Below, piece by piece: positions 41,267 to 54,499 of a stretch of 64,000 nucleotides of DNA. Each line of letters opens with the position of its first letter. The first letter of the stretch is position 1. Made by a program: the position numbers and the translations under genes. The stretch spans positions 200,701,741-200,765,740 of the forward strand of contig CM041465.1 of the NCBI GenBank assembly GCA_023213395.1. Reading direction: 5' to 3'. The DNA is from Cycas panzhihuaensis (Eukaryota > Plantae > Cycadophyta). A model generated the notes under the pieces. The model had not been told where the DNA came from, did not search any database, and worked only from the letters and a program-made list of their open reading frames with translations.

Positions 41267-41708
41267 TGTGAGAATAGATATCATGCACAATGTCATAGGA
41301 TCAAGAAGACAGAAAATTACAAGTAAACAGACATTGCACACGTACACAGATTTTACCAAGTGGAAAACCCCTTATGGGGAAGAAAAAACACCTCCTAAGC
41401 TATGATTTTATTTATATCAGAAACTATACAAAGACCATAAAAATACCCTCTAAATACAACAAACTAGCCTTTGAAATAGGCTTTAGACAACCTTCTAGAT
41501 TCTTGAAACCATCTCCTTGAATCTAGGAGAGGGTATTAATAACAAGAAAGGTTCGTTGAAATGGGCAGTTACACATTTCAATGACCTTTCACATAATAAT
41601 AACATTAACTCTTAACTTTAAACCTTTGAATCACTTAAATATTTATTTATACATGTGACATAAATATAACATAACCATTAAATAAAACTAACATTAATAA
41701 TCCTAACA
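41267..41708 (-). repeat. 3' LTR of Copia E
   Basis: TGTGAGAATAG...TCCTAACA. Confidence 0.95.
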
Positions 41709-41757
41709 TCCCCCTTTACTGTTAGCTTTTATAATATAGAAAAAGAAGGTCTTCATC

Positions 41758-44700
41758 ACATTGATCCCCCTTTGATGGAGACTTCTTTTATCTTTAACAA
41801 ATCTCATAGGTTTAGAAACTTGACTTTAGTCAAAGACTTTGTGAGTATGTCAGTAACCTGTAGATCTATAAGACAATAAGATAAATAAATAATATTATTA
41901 ATAACAAGATTACAAATAAAATACTGATGTAATTCTATATGTTTAGTTCTTAAATGTGTAATCAGATTTGTAGTAATAGCAATGTCACATTGATTATCAA
42001 CTTTAAGTTCTCTGGAAGAGTTAAGAGTCAGACCAATTTTATTTAGAAGAGATTTGAGCTAAAGTACTTCTTTGTTGGATTCAATGAGTGCTCAATATTT
42101 AGCTGTAGTTGTTGATAGAGCTAGTGCCTATATTTTTTTACTAGACCAAGTAATTGGTGAAGAATCTAGAAAAAATACATAACCTGATGTAGGCTTACAA
42201 TCATTTATATCACCTGCACAATCTAAATCAGTATATCATATTAAAGTTAGAGGTTTACTACAAAAATTATAAGTTAGTCCATAAAAAACTGTGTTATGAA
42301 GATATTGTAATATACGTTTAGAAGCTTTCCAATGTGATTTATATGGCATTTACATATAACATGAACATAAAGTGACATCATAAGATATATTAGTGTGGGT
42401 ATGAGTTAAATAAATAAGACTACCAATTAGTTATCTATATAAGGCTGGATCACATAAAGGTGTGGAATAATTCGTATATAGTTTTACTCCTGATTGTAAC
42501 AGATTAGAGATAGGTTTAGCATTTTCCATGTTAAACCATTTAATTAAGTCTAAAATATATTTTGGCTAGGATATAGTTATTTTTAAATCATTTTGATAAA
42601 TTTGTAATTCAAGAAAATAATATAGAAGACTTAGATTGGTCATTTTAAATTTATTCATTAAAGTAGTTTTTAAGTGATGAATGATATTTGTTGATGATCT
42701 AGTGATGATGATATCATCAACATATAGGATTAAAATGGTAATATTTTTGTTTTCATATTTGAAATAAAGATTTAGATCAGTAATACATCTAGTGTATCTA
42801 ATTTAAATTAGATAATCATCAACTTTAGTATACCAAGCTTGAGGAGCTTGTTTTAGTCCATAAATAGATTTCTTTAGTTTACAAACTAAATTAGGATTAT
42901 CAATAAAGCTAGGTGGCTGAGACATGCAGATCTCTTCTTTGAGATCACCATTTAGAAATGTGCTTTTTACATCCATTTGATAGATTTCCCAACCAAAATC
43001 GGCTGTTAGAGTAATAATTATTTTAATCATTTTTATCTCTACAATAGGGGCAAAGGTTTCGTTATAATCTATGCCATCAATTTGAGAAAATCCTTTTGTG
43101 ACTAGACGAGCTTTATACTTTTCATCTAAGGTTGTTGAGTTATATTTAGTTCTATAAACCCATTTATAGTCAACTATATTTTTCCCTAGTGGGAGTGGTA
43201 CGAGATCCCACGTTGAATTTTTGATTAAAGTATCGAATTTAACTTGCATAGCTTCTTGCTATACAAGATTATTACTAGCTTGTTTAAAGGTTTTAGGATC
43301 ATTATTGTCCATTATTTTGGCTATTAAATCATAGTTAGCATGTAATTTTTGTGCATGTGTTCACCTAGTATCTGAAGGATTACCTACATCAGATCTAGTG
43401 TTAGCAATTGTTTTCTTTGCCTATATAGGCTATTTGTTGAGAACTAATTATGTAGTTACAGGTTAATTAAGGAGCTAACTTGAGAAGAAGAGTCTATTTT
43501 AGTAGGTTCAGATAGAGTCCAATTCTGGACTTTAGTAGATAAAGATTCTATAATTTCAGGATCAACTTGTTTGTCTGAGGGGTCAACCAAATAGGTGTTA
43601 GTTAACAGATTTTCAACCGAAAGTTCTACATAAGTAGAGGTTGAAGAAGATCCTTCTTCATCAAATATAACATTAAGCAAAATTAAAATTTGATGCATAA
43701 CTAGATCCAAAAGTCTATAGGCTTTAATTTCTTCACTGTATCCAACAAAGATGTATTTTGGACTCTAAGAATCAAGTTTCTTGCGTTTTTCTTTGGGAAC
43801 GTGTCCCTACACAATACTTCCAAAGATTCATAAATGATTGACTAAGGGTTTTATTCCAGATCACTTTTGTTATAGAGTAATATTTTGTAAGCATTTACTA
43901 GGTAAACGATTTAGAAGATAGTTGGAGTAGTTAATTGCTTCTGCCCACAACTTTAAATTAAGATTCTTTGCATGTAACATGCAATGAGTCATCGCAACAA
44001 GAGTGCAGTTCTTGCATTTAGAAATACTATTTTGCTGAGGAGTGTATGCAACAGAATGTTGAAATTGAATTCCATCCTTTTTATAGAAGGGAGTGAATTT
44101 TCCACTTAAGTATTCTTTGGCATTATTAGATCTGAAAATTTTAATTTTTAAGTTTGATTAGTTTTTAACAAGTGTTTCAAATTCTATGAAAATATCAAAT
44201 ACTTGACTATGTGTTTTGAGTGTGTATACCCAACATTTTCTAGAAAAATCATCAATAAATGTAACAAAATAATGAGAGCCAAAGTATGATACTATATGAA
44301 ATGCTCTACATATATCAGATGGAACAAGTTCAAGTAGAACTTTCGCTCTGAATTGACTTTTATGTCGAAAAGGGTCCATGTGTTACTTACCTGTTACACA
44401 GGCTTCATAGACACCATAAAGAGTATTTAAAGGTGGAAGACCATGAACCATGTCATGTCTTTTTAGGTATTAGAGTTTGCCATAACTAGTATGTCCAATG
44501 ATACATGCTAAAGTTTACTGACTCAGTCAGATTTGGCTATGAAGGCACTGAAGGGTTTTGTTTTATTATTTTGTAAACTTATTAAACTATATAGATCTAT
44601 ACTATGATCAACATGTCCTAAGGTAATACATTTAAATTTATTTAATGGTTCTTTAATAATAAATTTATCTTTCTAGAATTCAACAACAAGGTCTTTCTGG

Positions 44701-45974
44701 CAGATTTGGTAAATAGAGAGTGGGTTTGGTAATAAACTAGGTACGTAGAAGATGTCCTTTATTAAACCATCTTTTAAGGTAACATCACTTGATCCTTTTA
44801 CTTTAAGTTAGGTTCAACTTCCAAAATAAATCTTTTCTTTAGAGTTAGTTTTAGATTGATAAGTGGATAAGTTTTTCTGGTGTCCTGTCATGTGATGGGA
44901 TGCACTAGAGTCAAGGATCCATTATGGTGGTTGATTAGTTAGGGCAACAAATATAGAAGTTATTGCCATTAAAGAATGATTATGAGTTTGTTGTCAGTTT
45001 TGTGGTCGAGATTGAGGTCAGTTTTGTAATCTCTTAGAAGCTTTCCATGCTTCCGAAGCTATTATACTTCTACAGACATCAATAGTATGGCCTCTAGTAT
45101 GATAATAGGCACAACTAGTGTTTTAAGAAGGATTTACATTATTCTAATTAGGAAAGGACTGATTAGAAGCATTCTAATATTTAGATGGACTAAAATACTT
45201 AATGTTATTTTGGGAGTTAGGTGGTGAGCCTCTATGAGGTTTATGAAATTTTAGATTACTATTAAAGTTGTTTTGATGTTTGTTTTTATTTTTTAGATTA
45301 GTTTTAAAAAATAAATCCTAGGAAGGATCTTTTAATATGCCTATCTGAATTAATATTATTTGATGTTCTATTAGTTAGTTTATCAACTGATTAAATGTTA
45401 TAGGAGGATTTCCAGTTTGTTGTCTAGTTGTTTTAAAAAAATTAAAATGTTTTGGTAATTTGTTTATTGTAAGATGAATGAGCATATCGTCATCTTTAGC
45501 ATGAGTGATTATTTATTCGGTATCACCTACTTTAGTTTTAGATTTAATATAGTTACCTAAGTCTTTATTAATTAGTTAAATTTTGCATAAAAAATCCTCA
45601 ACGTTAGAAAAATCATCATAATTAAGGTCATACAATTGTTGTTCTAAGATAACTAGTTGATGTGTATCGACCTTATCATATTTTTCTTACAGAGTGTTCG
45701 AGACAGTGGCTAGATCATCTATTACAAAAAACTGTCGACTGATTTCTAGTGAAAGTGAGTTCAAGATGGTACCTAGTGTTGAATCTAAGTTCATCAAATA
45801 TACCATATAGATTTCTGAAGTTGCATCGGTTGGTTTTTAAAATTCACCTGTCACATATCCCCATATCTTTTGCTGTTTAAGCTGATGGGATATACGATTC
45901 CTCCAGTCAGCATAGTTTGGGCTAGTTAAAACTAGAATTAGAACGCATGTGATTTTCCCTAGCATGAAAGCCAT
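41758..45974 (-). pseudogene. Copia E gag-pol pseudogene
   Basis: RT (YKARLVTKGFSQIDGIDY, QMDVKSTFLNG, 42803-43249), INT (YFVTFIDDFSRKCW, 44158-44379), PR (WILDSSASHHM, ~44890-44920), gag ATG ~45974; many stops. Confidence 0.92.
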
Positions 45975-46828
45975 ATTGGGAATTATATGATTTAATTAGA
46001 GATTGGTGGATATAAGTGTAGGTGAAAAAATAATCACTTAGTAAAGTTACCAAACATCAAATTAACATTTCAAAGGCATAATTAAAAACTAAAAATCATA
46101 GTAGGATGAATGAATACCTTTCCCTTTAAAAAAGAATTACACATTCCCCTTTTTCTTAAAAAGTAAATAGTCCCCCTTAACAAAGTAAGTGTTTACTTTA
46201 TAATTTGAGTGTTATGATTCTATTTTTATAAAAGATTATTGTTTTACTATTGTTAATTAGCAAATAATAATAATGCAGGAAAAAATATATTAATTTAAAA
46301 GAAAATTTTATTGTTAATTCTAGTGTTGAAAGATATTTAATTTCTAAATATTTAATGAAGTTTATAAAAAGTTTTTATTGATTAAAAAAGAGAATTTTAA
46401 TTAGAAAAAATATTAATATATTAAAGTAGTATTATGTTATAGGGGGGAACACTGTAGTGAAGGTTATAAAATAAATATAATAAAAATGGTTAATATCCTA
46501 ATCAATATGAGTATTGTATATAATAGTTGATTTATTTAACTGCTTAAAGATGAAAATAATTTTGAAGAAAATTTAGCCTAAAGCTAATTTGGCTTAATTT
46601 GCAAGGTATATTATATATAAGGAGTTTAATTTTAACAATAATGATGTAATTAAGTGAAGGTGTATTAATTAAAAATAATGAAGGTAGAGGATTAATTTTA
46701 AAAGTGTAAGAGACTTTTGTTTATATATCAATTATAATGGAAGGAATTAAATAATTAAGTGTGGGGGGGAGGGGAAATTTAACAAGAATGAAGTAGTTAA
46801 TTATAAAGAGGAAAGTATTAAAATCTAA

Positions 46829-46988
<160 letters not shown>

Positions 46989-47482
46989 TCAATAAAGAAA
47001 ACATAGGCAGACCCGATGAGTTTGTTTAATTGATAAAAGTAAATAAAATTTAAAAACCAATTGGGGTCCAAGGTGGGGTAAGGGTGAAACTCTACCTACC
47101 TGGTCATTCTCTCCATGGCGATGCTTTGTTTCTAAGCTTCAACTGGTTGCAGGCTACGAAGGTTCTCTGGCATAATCGTTGGCATCTCTAAACGGCTTCT
47201 CTGAATTGTTCTTAGGTCAGAAATTTGCCTCTAGCGTACACAACAAACTCTATCATGGTCCACAATGAGAAGCCTATTGCAGTGAAGGTCATTGCACTAC
47301 CCAAAGGTTCCTAGATACTCTCGCAACATTCCCACACTGGTGTGCCCTAGTGGAGAAGACGGTCTCATTATCAGCACTCGTGATCTAAATCACGTGGTCG
47401 TCATTGATAAGTGGAGCATGAAGAAGACCGTCGAGGGTGGGTTACCTTTAAAGATGCAATTGATGTGGTTGTTGTTTCAGGT

Positions 47483-48314
47483 CTTGCCCGTGTAATTCCA
47501 ACCCTAGATCCTAACAATCTTGATCTTTTTACTAACACCATGGACAAGTATGAGAAATTGTAGAAGGTTAGGTAAGGCACCTATGAAAAGGTGTACAAAG
47601 CCAAACACAAAGTAATGGGATAGCTTGTTGCTCTCAAGAAAACTAGACTTGAGATGGACAAAGAGGGAGTTCCTTCCACTGCACTTCGTAAAGCTTCTCT
47701 ACTGCAAATTCTCTCCCAAAGTATTTATGTTGTTTGGTTGCTTTGTGTAGAGCATGTAGACAAGAAAGGGAAACCCTTACTTTATTTGATTTTTGAGTAC
47801 TTAGACACAGATCTAAAGAAGTTCAATGACTCTCATCAGTGTGGAAGCAAAATGAGTCCCCTTCTACCTAAAATTATTCAGAGTTTTATGTACCAATTGC
47901 TTAAGGGGGTTGCTCACTGTCATAGCCATGGGGTGATGCATAAGGATTTAAAGCCACAAAATCTATTAGTGGACAAAGATAAAGGCTTTCTTAAGATTGC
48001 AATTCCAGGCTTGGGAAGAGCTTTTATTGTGCCTATCAAGAGTTATGCCTACAAGATTGTGACCCTTTGGTACATGGCTCCAGAGGTGTTGTTAGGTTCC
48101 ACTCATTATTTAACCCTTGTTGATATTTGGTCTGTTGGGTGCATCTTTGCTGAAATAGAGAGAAGATGATCACTTTTCCTTGGAGATTCTAAACTACAGC
48201 AATTGCTTCAGATCTTTAGGTTGCTTGGAACTTTGAATAAAGAGTTGTGGCCTGGAGTAAATTATTTAAGGGACTGGCATGAGTATCATCAGTGGAAGCC
48301 TTAGAACCTTGCTC
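47483..48314 (+). pseudogene. CDKB: Intronless, circularly permuted retrocopy of a B-type cyclin-dependent kinase
   Basis: ATG 47540: MDKYEKL*KVR*GTYEKVYKAK...LVALKKTRLEMDKEGVPSTALRK..LLQILSQSIYVV.LLCVEHVDKKGKPLLYLIFEYLDTDLKKF...HKDLKPQNLLVDKDKG...WPGVNYLRDWHEYHQWKP*NLA. Single frame, no introns. The downstream CDKB-like residues LARVIPTLDPNNLDLFT lie at 47483-47533, before the ATG. Confidence 0.93.
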
Positions 48315-48322
48315 TGATACCA
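48305..48322 (-). promoter_or_regulatory. tRNA-iMet primer-binding site of Copia E, overlapping the last CDKB codons
   Basis: Plus strand AACCTTGCTCTGATACCA versus the plant tRNA-iMet 3' end AACCTGGCTCTGATACCA (17/18). Confidence 0.93.
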
Positions 48323-48772
48323 TGTGAGAATAGGTATCATGCACAATGTCACAGGATCAAGAAGACAGAAAATTACAAGTAAACAGACATTGCACACGTA
48401 CACAAATTTTGCTAGGTGGAAAACCCCTTCTGGGGAAGAAAAACCACCTCCTAAGCTATGATTTTATTTATATCAGAAACTATACAAAGACCATAAAAAT
48501 ACCCTCTAAATATAATGAACTAGCCTTTGAAATAGGCTTTGGACAACCTCCTAAATTCTCGAAACCACCTCCTTGAATCTAAGAGAGGGTATTAATAATA
48601 AGAAAGGTTCGTTGAAATGGGCAGTTACACATTTCAACGACCTTTCACATAATAATTAAATAATAACATTAACTCTTAACTTGAAACCTTTGAATCACTT
48701 AAATGTTTATTTATACATATGACATAAATATAACATAACAATTAAATAAAACTAACATTAATAATCCTAACA
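48323..48772 (-). repeat. 5' LTR of Copia E
   Basis: Directly abuts the PBS; TG...CA termini. Confidence 0.95.
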
Positions 48773-49728
48773 CCCTTAAGGTTGTGATATGTGCCTTAGG
48801 GGGACATAAAGTAAAATGTCCACATAATGTGAACATGGATGAGTAGAAACTAAACTTCCTTAACCTAGATAATATAAACGCGGAGGAATATTAGATGGAA
48901 GTGGAGGGATGTGGGTAGTAGTGGGTTATGGAATGGTTATTTACAATGAAGGCCAATTTTCCCCTATTTGAGGGGCTTGTGTACCTTGAAATTCCACTTT
49001 ATTTAGCAAGGCACTTATATGGATAGGTGTTGTAGAGATAGCCTCCTGAAGGGAGAAAAAGATAGGTTGAAGGGATGAAGGAGAAGGGGTAGTAGAAGGA
49101 GTAAGTGTCAAGCTTTATAGAAAGTGCTGCAACCACTTATAATGTGGTTGTAGCTTCAAAGCACTCCTCTATAACATCCACCATGTCCCCGTGTGAAGTA
49201 TAAGCTTGGTCGTAGGAGGTAGAAGGTTCTCCTTATCAACCAGAATATTAAGAGAAGCTAATAGGATCTTTCTTAGAATACTAAGTAGAGTCTACAGATT
49301 GAGATCCTCCTATGACATGCATAGGAGGGGCTTAAGGGTCTGAATAAACCTCTAGTTATTTAGTCAAGTAATAAAATAGGTCCCCAACAACTTGGGAGGG
49401 GTCTTAATGTGGATAAGAGGCCTTAAGATGAGGCCAATTAGGGGCATAGAAATCATATACCCAATCCAATGGATGTCTCTTCATCAATGACTCTTGGTTA
49501 AATGAAGCAATGGGAGAATAGGAGGGTTCTACTTCCAATGGAGGCAAACCAGGCAACTGACAGGAGAAGCATCACATTCATAGAATAACTAATCTATTTA
49601 AGGAAGTATTAAATAAAAAAGGCATATTATGTGGTGGATAATACTTAGTACCTTAATAAAACCCTACACACAAGGGGGAGGAGGTGTGCAAGATGGCCAA
49701 ATAGGGCCTAAGGCTTTCCTACTAGTGA

Positions 49729-49747
49729 GTCTCTAGTATGGTTGCTA
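49729..49747 (-). promoter_or_regulatory. Decayed PBS of Gypsy B
   Basis: rc TAGCAACCATACTAGAGAC, homologous to 9732-9750. Confidence 0.7.
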
Positions 49748-49748
49748 G

Positions 49749-50170
49749 TGAAATGCACCTAATAGGGGGTGCCTAAAGATAAATACACCTAAAGGTAATA
49801 GGCCTAGGGTGCAGGACCTATACATGTGCAAAAGGGTCTTAGGTTACCCATAAAGGGCACCTATGAGCTACTTGAGTGGAAATTTGAGAATCACGCGGTG
49901 AAGCCCCTCATAGTATCTATAGTTTGGAGTTCTTTAATTTCTAAATGGTCTTAGTTTCCTTTGATTATTGTTTATACTATGGGTTGAATGAATGTTTTGT
50001 AAAAAGAAAGTGGTTCTATGAAAATAATGCAAGAGAAGGTGGTTGATTTTGTTTGTTTACTTTCTTTTAACTTTTTATTTATAAAAAAAAGGGAAGGGGG
50101 GGTAAAGTGAGAGGAAAAATAAAACACTACTAAATCTCCCTATCTTTTACTTTATCACTCTCTCTTTTCT

Positions 50171-50201
<31 letters not shown>

Positions 50202-52152
50202 TTTCTCCTTTTATATAAAAGATAATAATGATAAATAAAATGGGAAGGAAAGGGGGATAAGAGGAAGAAGAAGCACCTATAAACTATCCTCCCCTTTTAA
50301 TATCTTCTTTCTCTTAATATCTACTTATCCTTATGCTTTATTCTATTCTTTTTCTACTTTCTATTTTCCTTCCCTATCCCTTTCTTTTTTCTTTCCTTTC
50401 TTTTAAGCAAGAAAAGAGAAAAATATGCAACTAAAAAGGTAGGATAATCTAACATAGAAAAGGGGAATAGAAAAGAGGGTAATGGGGCATACCTAGGCTA
50501 GTATGATAGTTGCAATGTAGGTTCTCCTTCTAACCCATTTTAAAATCTTCTTGCATGATTATAGAGGGATGAGGGGTTACAACTTACCCCCCCCCCCTTG
50601 CAGCACATATTGGTAATATAGTATCTTTAAACACAATATAAATACCAACTCACCTTTTGGTATAAAGTAGATCTCAAAATTTGTTGTAGGTTTGGGAAGC
50701 TTTACTTCCCACTTTATCATAAAAATTAGTGACATTCAATAATAACCAAACCTATAATGCTACCGTTAATAAAGGAAACTAACCAAACATGTAATATTCA
50801 AGCTTGAACATTCATTACAAAAAAGGAAAAAAGAAATAAGATGAAAATAGGGATATAAGGAATGGGAGGAGTCTCAAAATGGTACTAGTCTCCTCTAAGT
50901 ATAAGTGGTTTCCTAAGTTATACTTAGGAAACCTCCCAAAAATCCTACAACTTAAGCAATAAGGAGAGGATAAGGGTAAGAGCATATATGCATCTAAATC
51001 CTATCCCTCTAGACTAAAAAGAAAATGCATAAAATTAAGCAATCACTAATTTACCATAGCCCCAACTTCATGCACCATGGCATGAATGATGATAGGAAGA
51101 AGAAGGGAAAAAATCCACCATAATGAAGTGAAATATAGGGGTTATCCAATATTTTGGAGAATGTATGAAACCAATGGCCTACAAAAGAAATCTCCTCAAA
51201 CCTCCCTTAATTATGTTGGCAGTGACTCCTCCAAAGTATGTCCCAAATAATAGCTAATGATCCCTTGAAAATTGATTGAGTTTGAGTAGAAATTTAGTTA
51301 GCATTTTAGTATGGTAATGAAAAAGTGAGAATGTCCTCCTTACCCCTAAAAAATGGAGGGGTTTTATAGAAAATTCCAAGGTGTGGGGTTGGTGGTTTTA
51401 TACCCATAATATAGAAAAATTACCACCTAAAGACATGAGTCATCTCATGGTTTGGAAGCTACATTCTTAAAAACATAAAAATAAAAATAATTAGTTATTT
51501 GAGACACATTCAACCTCTTGAGATCATAGTGATCTGGCTTAGGGTTGATATGGCTTATTAGGTCTAATGAAAATACTATAAATGAGCTAACTAAATATTT
51601 AAGTGTGCAGCCAAATGTTGTAATAGTCATACTATGAACTTGTTTGTGATACTATAGACATGACTGCAGTACTACAAGATACTTCATGGTATTACTTCTT
51701 ACTCTAAAAATCAACATGGTCCATGAAAAAACTCAGAAAAACCTCCTAGTCCTACTAAACAACAAACCTAAACCCTAACTAACAATACCCTAAACCAAAA
51801 CCAATGGTTGGTGTGTGGAAATAAGGTAATGAAAGGCTAATCCAGTGGGAATGGAATAACAAAACAAAGGGAAGTGAGTTGTAGGAGGATAGAGAGGCTC
51901 CCTTTCTAATCGATAGACCATGATGAGGAGGCACTAAATCCATGGACCAAAGTCTTGATCATCATTGACAAGAGGGAAGTAGACAAAGCAAGTAAGAAAG
52001 CAAACAAACACACATTCCCTATCTAAAAATGAATCACAAAATCATAACATTATAAGATATATGATATGTGAAAGGGATAGAGATGCATACCTATCCTTAG
52101 TTGTGTGTTGCCATTATCCATGCCATTCTTGGAAGCTGGGAAATATATTCCA
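49749..52152 (-). repeat. 5' LTR of Gypsy B (~2.4 kb)
   Basis: Terminal ~75 bp (TAGAGATGCATACCTAT...CCATTCTTGGAAGCTGGGAAATA) matches the Gypsy A LTR end at 13175-13246; contains a short (TA)n at ~50171-50196. Confidence 0.72.
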
Positions 52153-52329
52153 TATAAGATATGACTCAATATATGATTTTGTCATGTACTCTATATGTAT
52201 ATATATAGTAATATTATCAATTTAGTGTGGGATTGATGTGGGCCCTACCTTATATAAAATATCTCCTAGATAAATTTGCATTACCAATAATTTAATATTC
52301 CAACAAAAATTGATCTAATTAGAGTGTTG

Positions 52330-53490
52330 GCTATCATTAAGTGGCTAACACTAACTAACATTATAAACATACAAGAATTCTTAGAACTTATAAGATATTA
52401 TTGGGAATTTATAAGAGAATACATAATTATAGCAAAACCACTAATAAATTTACACAAGAAGAATAGGTTCAAGTAGAGATAAATTACTAATCAAAGTTTC
52501 AACAATCTTAAATTTATAGTAATCATGGTATTAGTTCTTGTGATGTTAATTTTTTCCTAACCATTCTAGTCAAATGCTACACCTAAGGACTAAGACTTAA
52601 AGTAGTTCTCTTTTAATATGACCATTTAATTACATATGAAATCTAGAAGTTAAATTTGTAATAAAGGGCTAAAAGCATGTATGATAAGGAAATGTTATCA
52701 ATTCTCCATTTAGTAGTAAATTGGCCATAATATTTACTTATTGATAAATTTATCCTAAAAATATATCATCAAAAGGTCAAGTACTTTTTATTATAACCTA
52801 GCTTATTAGAGGAATAATGGTGATGGATGTGCAAATATAATATTATGACTTCAACATAGGATATCAAAATGGTAAGGAGAATATGGTAGTTGATACCCTC
52901 TCAAGGAAATATAATGAAGGACAATGTACCACCATAACAACTATAGGCTAAATAGGTATTTAAAGAACTTATGCTTAATTATCATAATGCAAAAGTTAAA
53001 TGAAATATCAAGTACACCAACATCAAATAAAAAGAAAATTCAAGGTCAAAGATTAGGTTTACATGCAATTACAACCTTATAAATAAGCCTCACTATGATA
53101 AAAGGAGAAACTTAAGCTTATTCCATGGTTTCATAGACCATTCCTAGTAATAAGGTGAAAACATAAGTTATTGTAATTTCTAGATATCCCTCCTCACAAT
53201 AGGATCCATACTATATTATATGTATCCATCCTAAAGAAGGAGGTAGGCCAAAATATCATCACAATAGTGGACCTACTAGGCATAGACAAAGAAAGGAAGA
53301 TCATTACCCAACTAAAAAATATCATCAAAATTCTCAAAAGAATCTCAAATCAAGGACAATAATAAGATATGTTATCAAATGCAAGGGGTTGCCAATAGAG
53401 TATGGGACACAAGAGGCACAAGACTACATTGAAAACCATCTTAATTTTTCTAGAGAGAGCTCTTCAATTGATAAGGGAAGGTATGTCACA
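52330..53490 (+). mobile_element. Highly decayed, internally deleted chromovirus-type Gypsy remnant (RT end, RH, INT C-terminus, chromodomain, PPT; putative LTR starts 53484)
   Basis: FLELIRYYWEFI (~52378); YDKEMLSILH; YDFNIGYQNGKENMVVDTLSR; VYMQLQPYK...KLIPWFHRPF; YVIKCKGLPIEYGTQE; AAGGGAAGGTA-TGTCACA. Confidence 0.7.
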
Positions 53491-54499
53491 CTCTCGTGAC
53501 CTTAAGCTTGACTTGGCTAAACTACTTTATTAATAAGCACTTATAATCATTCATTTTATTTCATTTTCATGCACCTTTTTCTTTCATTTAATTAAATGAG
53601 AATTACACTTGCTTGGGCCACCCAAGATTTTTTTTTTTCTCCTAAAATACCATTACTTATCTTATGGAAACACTTATGGTCAATAGACACTAGAGTTACA
53701 CTTAGGATCCTAAAAACTAAGCATACAAAAATACCAAAATGGATAAAAGATAACCACTAAGGACATGAAATCTTACCACAACTTTAATAAAAAATGGATG
53801 GATGGAATAAATTAATAACAAGTTATCCATTCTTGTAAAATCTAGGTTTGAATCTCAACCTAACAATAATAATGATCCTAAAAATGCTACTACTCCACTT
53901 ATTCATAATAAGAAACAACTTGTCATTCCTATATTTAGAATCAAGGACACACTTGGTATAAACAAATGAATTACAAAGTTGTTAGTAGCATTTTAGGACA
54001 TCCTTATAAAAAAATGATAATGATAAAACTAGGTTTGCTATTAATTATTTAAAAGGTCAAATCTATATAGAGGTAAAAAATGGTATAGTGACCATAGCTT
54101 TGAACTTTTTTCTTTTTTACTCTTTCATTTTAGATGATTTATTAGATTGAAAGCATTATAAACCATCCACCCTTATACACACTATGTGATATAGGTCTTA
54201 CATATAACATAGACTCACTTATTACATGGTATATGGCATAGGCTAAGATGACATGCTAAAGTCTATTAAGCTAATTGATATATAGGGTAGGTTATTTAGC
54301 ATATCACAACATAACAAGTTTGCCATAATATGCAATATGACATACATGTTAACATTTACACTGAATAACACATATACCCATGTATCTATGGAACTTAAAC
54401 CTTAGTTATTAGGGTTGAAACATCACCACTCAACCTTCAAACCAAATGTACTTTGACAAATTTTACACTTTAGGTGGACTTTATTGAGGGTATACATAG

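Noticed and set aside
47471-47482. GTTGTTTCAG|GT as a genuine splice acceptor of a genomic CDKB locus
   Set aside because: No other introns are present and the following codons are C-terminal CDKB sequence; the site coincides with the microhomology junction to the element leader.
47654-48169. 171-aa kinase ORF as a functional CDK gene
   Set aside because: It is an internal piece of a pseudogene, with upstream and downstream stops, HRD and DLG motifs mutated, the C-terminus missing, and a location inside an LTR element.
48305-48322. tRNA gene
   Set aside because: Only the 18-nt 3'-end match including CCA; this is a PBS.
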